A stretch of 64,000 nucleotides of DNA from an uncultured delta proteobacterium (GTDB lineage Bacteria; Myxococcota; Myxococcia; Myxococcales; Anaeromyxobacteraceae): contig CAWFDF010000010.1 of assembly GCA_963814585.1 (NCBI GenBank), positions 136,394 to 200,393 of the forward strand, in the 5' to 3' direction. The translations under genes were made by a program, and so were the position numbers. Positions within the stretch are counted from its first letter, which is position 1, and the number at the start of each line of letters is the position of its first letter. A model generated the notes under the pieces. It was not told the origin of the DNA, made no database searches, and saw nothing but the letters and a program-made list of their open reading frames with translations. This document shows positions 53,889 to 64,000 of the stretch, one piece after another.

Positions 53889-54641
53889 TCACTCCCGCGC
53901 CACCCAGGTGGTCCGGGCCCGGGCCAGCTCCTTGCCGTCCTCCTCGCGCACCACGGCGTGGAGCCGGGCGCCGTCGCCGCCGGGCACGGAGCGGGAGCGG
54001 ACCTCCTGCCCCAGGAAGGCCTCGGCCAGGAACTGCACGTCGAGCGAGGCCAGCCGGCGCTCGCGCCAGTCGGCCTCCTCCACCGCCTCGACGGCCCAGC
54101 CGACGTAGCTCGACGCGGTGACGTGCCGGTTGACGTCGATGTCGGCGTAGCGGACCTGGAAGCGCCGCTCCAGCGTCGGGGTCGCGGGCGTCGGCCCCGC
54201 GAGCGCGGGGAGCGGCGCCGCCTCGACCGGCAGGACGTGCTCGGTCTGGGCGCGGCGCTCGGGCGGCAGCAGCCGGTCCGGGCGGCTGGGCCGGCGGGTG
54301 GCCAGGTCCATCACGTACCAGGTGGTGAGCGCCCGCCCCACCACCGCCCCGTCCCGGAGCACGCGGAAGTCGCGCAGGGCCGCCAGGCGGTCGATCCCCG
54401 ACGGCCAGGTCTCGACCGTGAGCGTTTCGCCCAGGCGCAGGGGCGCGTCGAGCACCACCCGCTGCCGCGCCAGCACCCAGGTCAGGCCCAGCGCGTTGAG
54501 CCTGGAGAGTCCGAAGTCGAGCGACTCGGCGGAGCGGCCGGCGGCGTCCTGCAGGTAGCCGGACAGCGCCGCCGGCGCGAGGAGGCCGAAGGCGTCGGCG
54601 TCGAAGCGGTGGACCGTGAAGGTGGCGCGGGTGACCTCCAC
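53889..54641 (-). CDS. acyl-ACP thioesterase (double hotdog fold)
   Basis: YLQDAA, WVLAR, VETWP, RYADIDVNRHV. Confidence 0.88.
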   Translation of the reverse strand: MEVTRATFTVHRFDADAFGLLAPAALSGYLQDAAGRSAESLDFGLSRLNALGLTWVLARQRVVLDAPLRLGETLTVETWPSGIDRLAALRDFRVLRDGAVVGRALTTWYVMDLATRRPSRPDRLLPPERRAQTEHVLPVEAAPLPALAGPTPATPTLERRFQVRYADIDVNRHVTASSYVGWAVEAVEEADWRERRLASLDVQFLAEAFLGQEVRSRSVPGGDGARLHAVVREEDGKELARARTTWVARE

Positions 54642-54657
54642 GGGCGCCCCTGGGCCG

Positions 54658-55785
54658 CTAGCCCCGCTTCGCGAACTCGCCCATGAAGCCGGCCAGCTCG
54701 TCGATCCAGGCGGGCTCCACCGCGTTGTAGGCGGAGACGCGGATGCCGCCGACCGAGCGGTGGCCCTTCAGGCCCACCATCCCCCTGGCCTTGGCCTCCT
54801 TGACGAACCGCTCCTCGTCCGCCTCGCTGGGCAGCCGGAAGACCACGTTCATCACCGAGCGGCTCTGCTTCTCCACCGGGCAGCGGTAGAAGCCGGGGTT
54901 GGCGTCGATGGCGCCGTAGAGCACGCCGGCCTTGGTGCGGTTGCGCGCCTCCATGGCGGCGAGGCCGCCCAGCCCCTTCAGCCAGGCCAGCACGTTGCGG
55001 ATCATGTAGATGCCGAAGGTGGGCGGCGTGTTGTAGAGGGACTTGTTCTCGGCCGGGGTGCGGAACTGGAAGATCTTGGGGATGTCCTTGCGCCCCTGCT
55101 CGATGAGCGCCTTGGCCACCACCATCACCACCACGCCCGACGGGCCGATGTTCTTCTGGGCTCCGGCGTAGACCAGGCCGAACCTCGAGACGTCGAACTT
55201 CTTCCAGAGGAAGTCGCTCGACATGTCGGCGACCAGCGGCACGCCGCCCGTCGCCGGGAAGGCGCGCGCCGCGTCGACGTCGAACTCCACGCCGTGGATG
55301 GTCTCGTTGGACGTGAGGTGCAGGTAGGCGGCGCCGTCGGCGGCCTTCACCTCGGTGGGGGCGGGCGCGCGGACGTAGCTCTTCTCCTTGCCGTCGCCGG
55401 TGCCGGTGGTGCAGGCCACCCGGGCGGCGCCGCCCAGCATGGCGGTGGCCAGCTTGGCCTCGGAGACCGCCTTCTCGCTCCAGGCCCCGGTCACCACGTA
55501 GTCGGCGCTCCCGCCCTTCGGCACCAGGTTCATGGGGATCTGCGCGAACAGCTGCGAGGCGCCGCCCTGCACGAAGAGCACCTCGTGGGTGTCGGGGACG
55601 GCCAGCAGCTCCTTGAGGAGGGCGATGGCCTCGTCGTGGCAGGCCTCGTACTCCTTGCCGCGGTGGCTGTGCTCCATCACCGACATGCCGCTCCCGGCGA
55701 AGTCGAGGAACTCCTGGCGGGCGCGCTCGAGGGCGGGGAGGGGGAGCGCGGCGGGTCCGGCGTTGAAGTTCTTCACGCGGTTCAC
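54658..55785 (-). CDS. serC: phosphoserine aminotransferase
   Basis: [49 protein letters not shown]. Confidence 0.97.
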   Translation of the reverse strand: MNRVKNFNAGPAALPLPALERARQEFLDFAGSGMSVMEHSHRGKEYEACHDEAIALLKELLAVPDTHEVLFVQGGASQLFAQIPMNLVPKGGSADYVVTGAWSEKAVSEAKLATAMLGGAARVACTTGTGDGKEKSYVRAPAPTEVKAADGAAYLHLTSNETIHGVEFDVDAARAFPATGGVPLVADMSSDFLWKKFDVSRFGLVYAGAQKNIGPSGVVVMVVAKALIEQGRKDIPKIFQFRTPAENKSLYNTPPTFGIYMIRNVLAWLKGLGGLAAMEARNRTKAGVLYGAIDANPGFYRCPVEKQSRSVMNVVFRLPSEADEERFVKEAKARGMVGLKGHRSVGGIRVSAYNAVEPAWIDELAGFMGEFAKRG

Positions 55786-55881
55786 GGGACACCTCGAGGG
55801 TGGGAGGGAGTGGGGGCCATTCTAGGAGAATCGGCGGCGGGCTACCATGCGGCCAGCCGACCCATCCGAGGAGCCCGCGCC

Positions 55882-56772
55882 ATGTCCACCGACCGCCCGC
55901 GCCGCAGCGCCCTCTACCTGCCCGGCTCCAGCGCCCGCGCGCTGGAGAAGGCCCGGACCCTCGACGCCGACGTGCTGCTGCTCGACCTGGAGGACGCGGT
56001 GGCGCCGGCCGCCAAGGTCGAGGCCCGGCGGCTGGTGCTGGCGGCCGTGGCGGCGGGCGGCTTCGGGCCGCGCGAGGTGGTGATCCGCGTGAACGGCGAG
56101 GGCACCAGCTGGGGCGCCGACGACCTCGCCGCTGCGGCCCGCAGCGGCGCCGACGCCGTGCTGCTGCCCAAGGTCGAGTCGCCGGAGGCGGTGACGCGGG
56201 CGGAGCGCGCGCTCCGCGCGGCCGGTGCGCCCGACGGCCTGGCCCTCTGGGCCATGATCGAGACCGCGCGAGGCGTGCTGGCGGCCCCCTCCATCGCCGC
56301 GTCGAGCCGCCGGCTGGCCTGCCTGGTGGCCGGGACCAGCGACCTCGTCAAGGACCTGGGCGCCCGGCACACCGCGGGGCGCACCGAGGTGCTCACCAGC
56401 CTGGCGCTGGTGGTGCTGGCGGCGCGGGCCCACGGCCTCGACTGCCTCGACGGCGTCCAGCTCGACCTCGACGACGAGCCGGGCCTCGAGGCGTCGTGCC
56501 GGCAGGGGCGCGACCTCGGCTTCGACGGCAAGACGCTGATCCACCCGAGGACCATCGCCGCGGCCAACCGGCTTTTCGCCCCCACCGAGGCCGAGGTCGA
56601 CGCGGCCCGCCGGATCCTGGTGGCGCACGCCGAGGCCGAGTCGTTCGGGCACGGGGTGGTGGTGGTGGACGGGCGGCTGGTCGAGGCGCTCCACGTCGAG
56701 GCGGCCCGGCGCCTGCTCCGCCTGGCCGACGCCGTCGCGGCGCGCCAGGGATCGGGCGGCGCGCCGCGGTGA
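55882..56772 (+). CDS. CoA ester lyase (CitE / malyl-CoA lyase, HpcH/HpaI family)
   Basis: RRSALYLPGS, DLEDAV, IET, GFDGKTLIHP. Confidence 0.92.
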   Translation: MSTDRPRRSALYLPGSSARALEKARTLDADVLLLDLEDAVAPAAKVEARRLVLAAVAAGGFGPREVVIRVNGEGTSWGADDLAAAARSGADAVLLPKVESPEAVTRAERALRAAGAPDGLALWAMIETARGVLAAPSIAASSRRLACLVAGTSDLVKDLGARHTAGRTEVLTSLALVVLAARAHGLDCLDGVQLDLDDEPGLEASCRQGRDLGFDGKTLIHPRTIAAANRLFAPTEAEVDAARRILVAHAEAESFGHGVVVVDGRLVEALHVEAARRLLRLADAVAARQGSGGAPR

Positions 56773-56832
56773 CGGGGTGGGCACGCCGACCTGGGCGCCC
56801 CGCGCCAGGCGATCGCCCCCTGCCGAGTCCGG

Positions 56833-57687
56833 CTACGGCTTCCCCTCCAGGGCGTTGCGCTGCAGGAAGGCGGCCGGCATGTGCACCTGGTGGCAGGGCA
56901 TGCAGCTCATCTCGTTGACGTCGTTGAAGAGCGGCGTGTACTCGGAGACCTGCTTCTCGCCGCGGCGGAGCAGCCCGCCCACCTTGAACAGGCGGGCCTT
57001 CACGCTGGAGTCGATGAAGTACTGGCGCGGCTGGTCGTGGCAGTTGGAGCAGAGCTGCTCCATCGTCGAGAAGCGGTCCATCAGCCGCTGATAGGCCTCC
57101 CGGGCCTCGGCGAACTGCCCGGACTCGACGTCGGCGCGCACCGCGCCGAGGCTGCTGGCGAGGTCGAGCATGAGCTGGTGGAAGGTGACCTCCTCGCCGC
57201 CGGACTGGACCACGGCCGCGGCGAAGTTGCCCCAGCGGTACTGCGCCTGGACCTGGAACATGTGGCGGGCGTGGCAGCTGGTGCAGGAGTTCTCGAAGCG
57301 GCTGACGATCTTGCGCCGGGTGGCCACGTCCGCCTTGGCGGCCACGGCGCTCTCCAGCTCGTCGAGGACGTTGGTCTTGAAGTAGGGCTTCCACGACGGC
57401 ACCATGGCGCCGACCTTGGCCATCTGCTCGCGCAGGCTCTTCACCGCGATCCTGGTGCGCTCGGGGTCGTTGCGGAGCGCGGCCGTGGTGGCCGCCCCGG
57501 TGCGCATGCCCAGCTCGAGCATGGCGCGGGTGTAGGCGTGCCCCTCCTTTCCACCCTTGAAGTGCGGATCGAGCTCGGCCGTGGGGATGCCGGTGTCCAC
57601 CGGCGCGGCCTCCGCCGGGGCGGACCAGGTGGTGAGTGCTGCCAGGAAGATCGCGCCGACGTGCTGCCGCCCGAGGACCTGCGCCAT
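56833..57687 (-). CDS. periplasmic triheme c-type cytochrome, helical c'-like domains
   Basis: Signal peptide ending AEA; CTSCH, CSNCH, CMPCH; SD GGGAGG. Confidence 0.85.
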   Translation of the reverse strand: MAQVLGRQHVGAIFLAALTTWSAPAEAAPVDTGIPTAELDPHFKGGKEGHAYTRAMLELGMRTGAATTAALRNDPERTRIAVKSLREQMAKVGAMVPSWKPYFKTNVLDELESAVAAKADVATRRKIVSRFENSCTSCHARHMFQVQAQYRWGNFAAAVVQSGGEEVTFHQLMLDLASSLGAVRADVESGQFAEAREAYQRLMDRFSTMEQLCSNCHDQPRQYFIDSSVKARLFKVGGLLRRGEKQVSEYTPLFNDVNEMSCMPCHQVHMPAAFLQRNALEGKP

Positions 57688-57906
57688 GCCAGCCTCCCGC
57701 TTCCGTGGAGAGTCGTTTCTCAATCGTGACCCGAGTGGGTGCGCTTTGGTGGCGCAATTGCCTGGCAGCCCCAATGGGGTCCGCCCGTAAGGACGACCCG
57801 CCGGAACCGGGAATCGGGCCGCCTCCAGCACGCGTCGCCGGGCCGGGGCCGGCAGCAGCAACCTGCCGCGCCGGCCTTCCACCGCTGATAAGATGACGGG
57901 TCCGTC

Positions 57907-58344
57907 ATGCGAGGAATCCGAGGCGCCACCCAGGCCGCTGCCAACACCCGCACGGCCATCGAGGAGGCCGTGGTCGAGCTCTGCCAGGAGCTGACCCGGC
58001 GCAACGGGATCGAGGCCGACGAGATCACCTGGGCCATCTTCACCGTGACCCACGACCTCGACGCCGACTTCCCGGCCCGCGGGGCACGGATGCAGGGCTG
58101 GCACCAGGTCCCGATGATCTGCTCCCAGGAGATCCCGGTGCCCGGCTCCATGCCGCGGGTGATCCGCGTGCTGCTCCACGTCGAGACGCGCGGCACCCCG
58201 CACCACGTCTACCTGCGCGGCGCCCAGGCGCTCCGCCCCGACCTCCACCACGGCGTACCGTTCGTGAACCCGCCGCCGGCCTCGAGGCCGAAGCGGCGCG
58301 CCGCGAAGCCCGCCAGGGCGCCGCGCGGCCGGAGCGGCCGTTGA
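57907..58344 (+). CDS. aroH: chorismate mutase, AroH class
   Basis: MRGIRGAT, FTVTHDLDADFPA, IRVLLH, HVYLRGAQALRPDL. Confidence 0.95.
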   Translation: MRGIRGATQAAANTRTAIEEAVVELCQELTRRNGIEADEITWAIFTVTHDLDADFPARGARMQGWHQVPMICSQEIPVPGSMPRVIRVLLHVETRGTPHHVYLRGAQALRPDLHHGVPFVNPPPASRPKRRAAKPARAPRGRSGR

Positions 58345-59186
58345 GCGGGCTCCCGCGACGGCTCGGCCTGGTCGGACTCGGCCTGATGGGGAGCGCGCTG
58401 GCCCGGGCCGCGCGCGCGGTCGACCCGGGGCTGGCCATCGTCGCGGTCGAGCCGCGCGATGACCACCGGAACCTGGCGCTCGACGACCGGGTGGTGGACG
58501 AGGCGGCCTCGGTGCCGGGCCCGCAGCTCTCCGGCTGCGACCTGGTGGTGCTCTGCACGCCGGTGGCCGCCATCGAGGGGCTGCTGGGGCCCGTGGCGCG
58601 ACTCCTCGCCGACGGCGCGGTCCTCACCGACGTCGGCGGGGCCAAGGAGGCGCTGGTCCGCGCCGCCGCGACCGAGGTCCGGACCGGGGTGGCCTTCGTC
58701 GGGGCCCACCCCATGTTCGGCGGTCACGGCGGCCCGTCCGGTGCGGTCGCGGCGGCGGGGCGGTGGCGCGGCGGCACCGTCGCGGTCTGCACCGACGGCG
58801 ACGCCGGCGCGGTGGCGAAGGTCGCGGCCTTCCACGAGGCGCTGGGGGCTCGCGTCGTCCGCTGCACCGCCGCCGAACACGACGCGGCCGTGGCCATGGT
58901 CTCCCACCTGCCATACCTGGTGGCCAGCGCGCTGGCGGCCACCGCGGCGCAGGCCGGCCCGCTGGCCCGGGCGCTGGCGGGACCCGGCCTGAAGGACACC
59001 ACCCGGCTGGCCGAGTTCCCCTTCGACATCCAGGGCGAGGTGGCGCGTCGCAACGCCCACCTGCCGGCCGCGGCCGCCAGGCTGCAGGCGCAGCTGGCCA
59101 CCCTCCTGGCGGCCGTCACCGCCTCGCCCGAGGCGGCGCGGGCCGCCCTGGAGCGGGCGCGGGCCGCGCGCGAGGAGCTGTTTTGA
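58341..59186 (+). CDS. tyrA: prephenate/arogenate dehydrogenase
   Basis: [39 protein letters not shown]. Confidence 0.9.
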   Translation: MSGLPRRLGLVGLGLMGSALARAARAVDPGLAIVAVEPRDDHRNLALDDRVVDEAASVPGPQLSGCDLVVLCTPVAAIEGLLGPVARLLADGAVLTDVGGAKEALVRAAATEVRTGVAFVGAHPMFGGHGGPSGAVAAAGRWRGGTVAVCTDGDAGAVAKVAAFHEALGARVVRCTAAEHDAAVAMVSHLPYLVASALAATAAQAGPLARALAGPGLKDTTRLAEFPFDIQGEVARRNAHLPAAAARLQAQLATLLAAVTASPEAARAALERARAAREELF

Positions 59187-60472
59187 AGGGTCCCCTGACC
59201 TGCCACCGCCGCGGGCCGCTGCGCGGCGCCATCGAGGTGCCGGGGGACAAGTCGATCTCCCACCGCGCCATCCTCTTCGGCGCGCTGGCCAGCGGGGAGA
59301 CCCGCGTCACCGGCCTGCTCGACGCCGAGGACGTCCACTCGACCCGCCAGGCGGTGGCCCGGCTCGGTGCCGGGGTGCGCGTGGAGGGGCGCGAGGTGGT
59401 GGTGACGCCGGCCGAGGCGCTGCGCGAGCCCGACGACGTCATCGACTGCGGCAACTCCGGCACCTCGCTGCGCCTCCTGGCCGGGGTGCTGGCCGGCCTG
59501 CCGGGGCTGTCGGTGCTCACCGGCGACGCCTCGCTGCGCCGCCGCCCGGTCCGCCGGGTCATCGAGCCGCTCCGCCGCATGGGGGCCGACCTGGTCGCCC
59601 GCGACGGCGATCGCCTCCCGCCGCTGGTGATCCGCGGCAGGCCGCTCACCGCCGCCCGGCACGAGCTGGCCGTGGCCAGCGCCCAGGTGAAGAGCGCCAT
59701 CCTGCTGGCCGGCCTGCGCGCCGATGGAGAGACCATCGTGGTCGAGCCGGAGCGCTCGCGCGACCACACCGAGCGGATGCTGCGCGGCATGGGGGTGCCG
59801 GTCCGCGTCGACGGGCTCACCGTGGCGGTGACGCCGGCGCGGCCGAAGGGGACCCGCGTCGACGTGCCTGGCGACATCTCCTCGGCCGCCTTCTTCCTCT
59901 GCGCCGCGGCCGGCCTGCCCGGCTCCGAGGTGACGGTCCGCCACCTGGGGGTCAACCCGACCCGCACCGGCCTCCTCGACGTGCTGCGCGCCATGGGGGC
60001 GGAGGTGACGGTGGCCGGCGAGCGCGAGGTGGCGGGCGAGCCGCGCGCCGACGTGACGGTGAAGGCCGGCCGGCTCGAGGCCACCGAGATCCGCGGCGAG
60101 ATCATCCCGCGGCTCATCGACGAGCTGCCGGTGCTGATGGTGCTGGCGACGCAGGCCCGCGGCCGCACCGTGATCCGCGACGCCCGGGAGCTGCGCGTCA
60201 AGGAGTCGGACCGGCTGGCCGCCATGGGCGAGACGCTGGCGGCGGCGGGCGCGAAGCTGGAGCTCTTCGACGACGGCTGCGCCATCGAGGGCCCGGTCCG
60301 GCTCCACGAGGTCTCGGTGAAGACCCGGCTCGACCACCGCATCGCCATGTCGATGGCGGTGGCCCAGCTCTTCGCCGGGGAGCCGGTCCACCTCGACGAC
60401 GTCTCCTGCATCGCCACCAGCTTCCCCTCCTTCTTCGAGCGGCTCGACGCCCTCTGCGTGGAGCCGGGTTGA
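59183..60472 (+). CDS. aroA: 3-phosphoshikimate 1-carboxyvinyltransferase (EPSP synthase)
   Basis: [43 protein letters not shown]. Confidence 0.97.
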   Translation: MKGPLTCHRRGPLRGAIEVPGDKSISHRAILFGALASGETRVTGLLDAEDVHSTRQAVARLGAGVRVEGREVVVTPAEALREPDDVIDCGNSGTSLRLLAGVLAGLPGLSVLTGDASLRRRPVRRVIEPLRRMGADLVARDGDRLPPLVIRGRPLTAARHELAVASAQVKSAILLAGLRADGETIVVEPERSRDHTERMLRGMGVPVRVDGLTVAVTPARPKGTRVDVPGDISSAAFFLCAAAGLPGSEVTVRHLGVNPTRTGLLDVLRAMGAEVTVAGEREVAGEPRADVTVKAGRLEATEIRGEIIPRLIDELPVLMVLATQARGRTVIRDARELRVKESDRLAAMGETLAAAGAKLELFDDGCAIEGPVRLHEVSVKTRLDHRIAMSMAVAQLFAGEPVHLDDVSCIATSFPSFFERLDALCVEPG

Positions 60473-61317
60473 TCGGGGGGCGCACCGCGCTCTACGGCGT
60501 GGTGGGCTGGCCGGTCGGCCACAGCCTGTCGCCGATCATCCAGAACGCCGCCTTCGCCTTCCACCAGCTCGACGCGGCCTACCTGGCGCTGCCGGTGGAG
60601 CCGGAGTCGCTGGAGACGGCGCTGCGCGGCGCCCACGCGCTCGGCTTCCAGGGGCTCAACGTCACCATCCCGCACAAGCAGGCGGCCGCCGCGCTCTGCC
60701 GCTCGCTCGACCCGGTGGCCACCGCCTGCGGTGCCGCCAACACGCTGCGCCGGACCGGGGACGGCTGGGAGGGCTTCAACACCGACGCCACCGCGCTGGC
60801 GCAGCTGCTCGATGGCGCCGGGGTGCGGGCCGGCGCGACGGCGCTGCTGGTGGGCGCCGGCGGCGCGGCGCGCGCCGCCGGGTGGGCCGTGCTCAGGATC
60901 GGGGCCAGGCTGCAGGTGGCGGCCCGCCGGCCCGAGCAGGCCGCGGCGCTCTGCGCGGCGCTGGCCGGGGCGGTGGGGCCGGGAGGGTCCGCGCCCGGGG
61001 TGGTGGCCTGGGCCTCGCTGGGCACGGCCTGCCAGTCCGCCGACGCGGTGCTGAACGGCACCAGCGTGGGCCTCCCCGGCAGGCCGGCGGCGCTGCCCGG
61101 CGTCTCCTTCCACGCCGGGCAGGTGGCGCTCGACATGGTCTACGGCGACTCGGCCTTCGTCCGCGACGCCGATGCTGCCGGCGCCCGGGTGGTCCGCGGC
61201 GAGGAGCTGCTGGTGCGCCAGGGGGCGCTGGCGTTCAGTCTCTGGACCGGCCGGCCCGCCCCCGAGGCGGTCATGGCCGCGGCGCTGCAGGCCAGGCCCG
61301 AGGGGAGTCACCGATGA
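60469..61317 (+). CDS. aroE: shikimate dehydrogenase
   Basis: [32 protein letters not shown]. Confidence 0.95.
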   Translation: MIGGRTALYGVVGWPVGHSLSPIIQNAAFAFHQLDAAYLALPVEPESLETALRGAHALGFQGLNVTIPHKQAAAALCRSLDPVATACGAANTLRRTGDGWEGFNTDATALAQLLDGAGVRAGATALLVGAGGAARAAGWAVLRIGARLQVAARRPEQAAALCAALAGAVGPGGSAPGVVAWASLGTACQSADAVLNGTSVGLPGRPAALPGVSFHAGQVALDMVYGDSAFVRDADAAGARVVRGEELLVRQGALAFSLWTGRPAPEAVMAAALQARPEGSHR

Positions 61318-62459
61318 CGCTGCGCTATCTCACCGCGGGTGAATCACACGGGCCGGGGCTGTGCGCCATCGCCGAGGGCTTCCCGGCCGGCGTGACCGTC
61401 GACTTCGCGCGGGTCGACGCCGAACTGGCCCGCCGCCAGAAGGGCTATGGCCGCGGCGGCCGGATGAGGATCGAGCGCGACTCGGCCCAGTTCCTGGCCG
61501 GGCTGCGCGGCGGCGTCACCACCGGCGCGCCCATCGCGCTGGTCATCTGGAACAAGGACCACGAGAACTGGAAGGAGCTGGTCAGCCCCTACGCCCGCGG
61601 GGGCAAGAAGTTCACCCAGGTGCGGCCCGGCCACGCCGACCTGGCCGGCTCGCTCAAGTACGGCTTCGACGACGCCCGGGACGCGCTGGAGCGGGCCAGC
61701 GCCCGGAACACCGCCACGCTGGTGGCGCTGGGCGCGCTGGCGAGGTCCCTGCTGTCCACGGTCGGCGTCACCGTCAGTTCCAGGGTGGTGGCCATCGGCC
61801 CGGCCCGGCACGAGGTGGGGGCGCCGCCGACGCCCCGGCAGCGCCAGGCCATCGAGGCCTCCGAGTTCCACGTCGACACGCCCGAGGCGGAGGCGGGCAT
61901 GCGGGCGGTGGTCGACCGCGAGCGGGAGCGGGGGGCCTCGGTGGGCGGGCTGGTCGAGGTGTGGGCCGAGGGGCTTCCCATCGGGCTCGGCAGCCACGTC
62001 CACCCGGACCGCCGGCTCGACGCCCGCCTCGGCCAGGCGGTGCTGGGCGTGCAGGCCATCAAGGCGGTGGAGATCGGTGACGGCACCCGGGTGGAGTGGC
62101 CGGGCGACCAGGTCCACGACGCGCTCTACCACTCGAAGGAGCGGGGCTTCTTCCGGGAGACCAACCGGGCCGGCGGGCTGGAAGGCGGCATGACCAATGG
62201 CAGCCCGCTCCGGGTCCGCGCCTACATGAAGCCCATCCCGACCATGCTCACGCCGCTGCCCTCGGTCGACCTCGCCACCCGCCAGCCGGTGCAGGCGCGC
62301 TACGAGCGGAGCGACGTCTGCGCCGTGCCGGCCGCCGCGGTGGTGGTGGAGGCGGTGGTGGCGTGGGAGCTGGCGTCGGCGCTGCTGGAGAAGTTCGGCG
62401 GCGACACGCTGGACGACCTGAAGCGGGCGCTGGAGGCCTATGGCGCTCGGATCCGGTGA
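61314..62459 (+). CDS. aroC: chorismate synthase
   Basis: [39 protein letters not shown]. Confidence 0.97.
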   Translation: MTLRYLTAGESHGPGLCAIAEGFPAGVTVDFARVDAELARRQKGYGRGGRMRIERDSAQFLAGLRGGVTTGAPIALVIWNKDHENWKELVSPYARGGKKFTQVRPGHADLAGSLKYGFDDARDALERASARNTATLVALGALARSLLSTVGVTVSSRVVAIGPARHEVGAPPTPRQRQAIEASEFHVDTPEAEAGMRAVVDRERERGASVGGLVEVWAEGLPIGLGSHVHPDRRLDARLGQAVLGVQAIKAVEIGDGTRVEWPGDQVHDALYHSKERGFFRETNRAGGLEGGMTNGSPLRVRAYMKPIPTMLTPLPSVDLATRQPVQARYERSDVCAVPAAAVVVEAVVAWELASALLEKFGGDTLDDLKRALEAYGARIR

Positions 62460-62928
62460 GCTGCTGGCGCTGACCGGCATGATGGCGGCGGGCAAGTCGA
62501 CGGTGGCCCGCGCCCTGGGCGCCCGGCTCCACCGTCAGGTGGTCTCCACCGACGCCATGCTGGAGGCGCGCTTCGGCAAGCCCATCGCGCGCATCTTCGC
62601 CGAGGACGGCGAGCCGGCCTTCCGCGCCGCCGAGCGGGCCATCATCGAGCGGCTCGACGGCGGGCTGGTGGTGGACCTGGGCGGCGGGGCCTTCTGCGAC
62701 CCGCTGAGCGCGGCGCGGCTCCTCGAAGCCGGCAAGGTGGTCTTCCTCGACGTCTCCGCCGCGGAGGCCGCCCGGCGCATGGCCGGCGGCCGTGGCCGCC
62801 CGCTGGCCGCCACCTGGGAGGCGCTCCACGCCGAGCGGTTGCCCAGCTACCGGCGCGCCCACCTCTCCGTCGCCGTCGACGGCCTCTCCGCCGACGAGAT
62901 CGCCACGCGAGTCCTGGAGGCGCTGTGA
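62440..62928 (+). CDS. aroK: shikimate kinase
   Basis: [27 protein letters not shown]. Confidence 0.92.
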   Translation: MALGSGELLALTGMMAAGKSTVARALGARLHRQVVSTDAMLEARFGKPIARIFAEDGEPAFRAAERAIIERLDGGLVVDLGGGAFCDPLSAARLLEAGKVVFLDVSAAEAARRMAGGRGRPLAATWEALHAERLPSYRRAHLSVAVDGLSADEIATRVLEAL

Positions 62929-64000
62929 AGCAGCCGACCCTCGTCCTCGCCGCCCGCCAGGGCGAGCACCGCTACCAGGTCCACGTCGGCTCCGGCGCGC
63001 TCGGGCCGCTCCCCGCGCTGGCCGGCGCGCACGACCGCGTCGCCGTGGTCACCTGCGCGCGGGTGGCCCGCACCCCGGCCGGGAGGCGGGCGCTGGCCGC
63101 GCTCCGGACCACCGGCCGCATCGCCGGGGTGGTGCTGCTCCCCGACGGCGAGCGGGGGAAGACGCTGGCGCAGCTGGAGCGCGCCGCCGGCAGGCTGCTG
63201 GCGGCGGGGCTGACCCGGCGCAGCCTGGTGGTCTCGATCGGCGGCGGCGCCGTATCCGACGCGGCCGGCTTCCTGGCCGCCACCTTCATGCGCGGCATCC
63301 CGTGGGTAGTGGTGCCGACCACGCTGCTCGCCATGGTCGACGCCGCGCTGGGCGGCAAGACCGCCGTCAACTTGCCCCGCGCCAAGAACGCGGTCGGCGC
63401 CTTCCACCCGCCGGCGGCGGTGCTGGCCGACCCGCGGGCCCTCGACACGCTGCCGGAGCGGGAGCTGCGCTCGGGGCTGGGCGAGGTGGTGAAGTACGCC
63501 CTGCTGGAGCCGGCCCTGCTGGGCCGCGTCTCCGCCACCGGGGCCGGTCGCCCTGGCGCCGAGCTGGTGGCCGCCTGCATGGCCGCCAAGCTGCGCGTGG
63601 TGGAGGCCGATCCGACCGAGCGCGGCGCGCGGGCGCTGCTCAACCTCGGCCACACCTTCGGTCACGGCGTCGAGGCCGCCGGCCGCTTCTCCCGCTACAC
63701 GCACGGCGAGGCGGTGGGGCTGGGCCTGGTCTTCGCCTTCCGGCTGGCGGCGCAGCTGGGCCGGGTCGGGCCGCTGGCGGTGGCCGAGGCCGAGGCGGCG
63801 GTGGCGGGGGCGGGGCTGCCGACGCGGCTGCCGCTCCGGCAGGCGCGGCGGGCGGCGGCGCTCATGGTCCACGACAAGAAGCGCACGGCCACCGGGTTGC
63901 GCTGGGTGCTGCCGCGCCAGGTGGACGGCGCCCGCTGGACGGTGGAGTGGGGCGTCGAAGCCGGCCCGCAGGCGGTGTCGGCCACGGTGGCAGAGCTCGC
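62925..64000 (+). CDS. aroB: 3-dehydroquinate synthase, 3' end beyond window
   Basis: Manual translation: PDGERGKT, IGGG, PTTLLAMVDAALGGKTAVN, KNAVGAFH, LNLGHTFGH, HGEAV, DKK. Confidence 0.95.
   Translation, partial: MKQPTLVLAARQGEHRYQVHVGSGALGPLPALAGAHDRVAVVTCARVARTPAGRRALAALRTTGRIAGVVLLPDGERGKTLAQLERAAGRLLAAGLTRRSLVVSIGGGAVSDAAGFLAATFMRGIPWVVVPTTLLAMVDAALGGKTAVNLPRAKNAVGAFHPPAAVLADPRALDTLPERELRSGLGEVVKYALLEPALLGRVSATGAGRPGAELVAACMAAKLRVVEADPTERGARALLNLGHTFGHGVEAAGRFSRYTHGEAVGLGLVFAFRLAAQLGRVGPLAVAEAEAAVAGAGLPTRLPLRQARRAAALMVHDKKRTATGLRWVLPRQVDGARWTVEWGVEAGPQAVSATVAEL

Noticed and set aside
57747..57761. sigma54-like GG-N10-GC upstream of aroH
   Set aside because: Poor -24 match (TGGTGG); a better extended -10 lies next to the aroH start

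Overview
This is a very GC-rich, gene-dense chromosomal segment, most consistent with an Anaeromyxobacter-like myxobacterium (inferred from gene content and codon style). In order it carries: an SDR fragment, a receiver/DHH pair, an hprK-rapZ-PTS(Man EIIA/B/C/D)-ptsH-ptsI operon, metK-sahR-ahcY, uppP-Nudix-manC-PMM-ROK, rqcH/NFACT-SprT-tamA-tamB, GT87/DedA, M20-argC-argB, a trans-sulfuration enzyme, a beta-barrel/cytochrome-like lipoprotein/DUF1800/DUF1501 module, several peptidases and lipoproteins, astA, dtd, serC, a citE-like lyase, a triheme cytochrome and an aroH-tyrA-aroA-aroE-aroC-aroK-aroB operon. I saw no rRNA, tRNA, CRISPR array or transposase. The most notable item is missing from the ORF track: a 21-aa micro-ORF (MAAKKKAVKKVAKKKTAKKKK, 12 AAG codons) with its own sigma70 promoter, GATC-rich upstream DNA, hairpin 5' UTR and strong SD. 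It is followed by an intrinsic terminator ending 9 nt before the ribosome-quality-control gene rqcH, which is a leader-peptide/attenuator-like layout. Also notable are a 183-bp MITE-like element with perfect 25-bp terminal inverted repeats, a SahR-type operator, a CRP/FNR class II-like promoter and a structured leader before a 5'-nucleotidase. About 16 single-base frameshifts cluster at 24.5-43.1 kb and look like sequencing errors.
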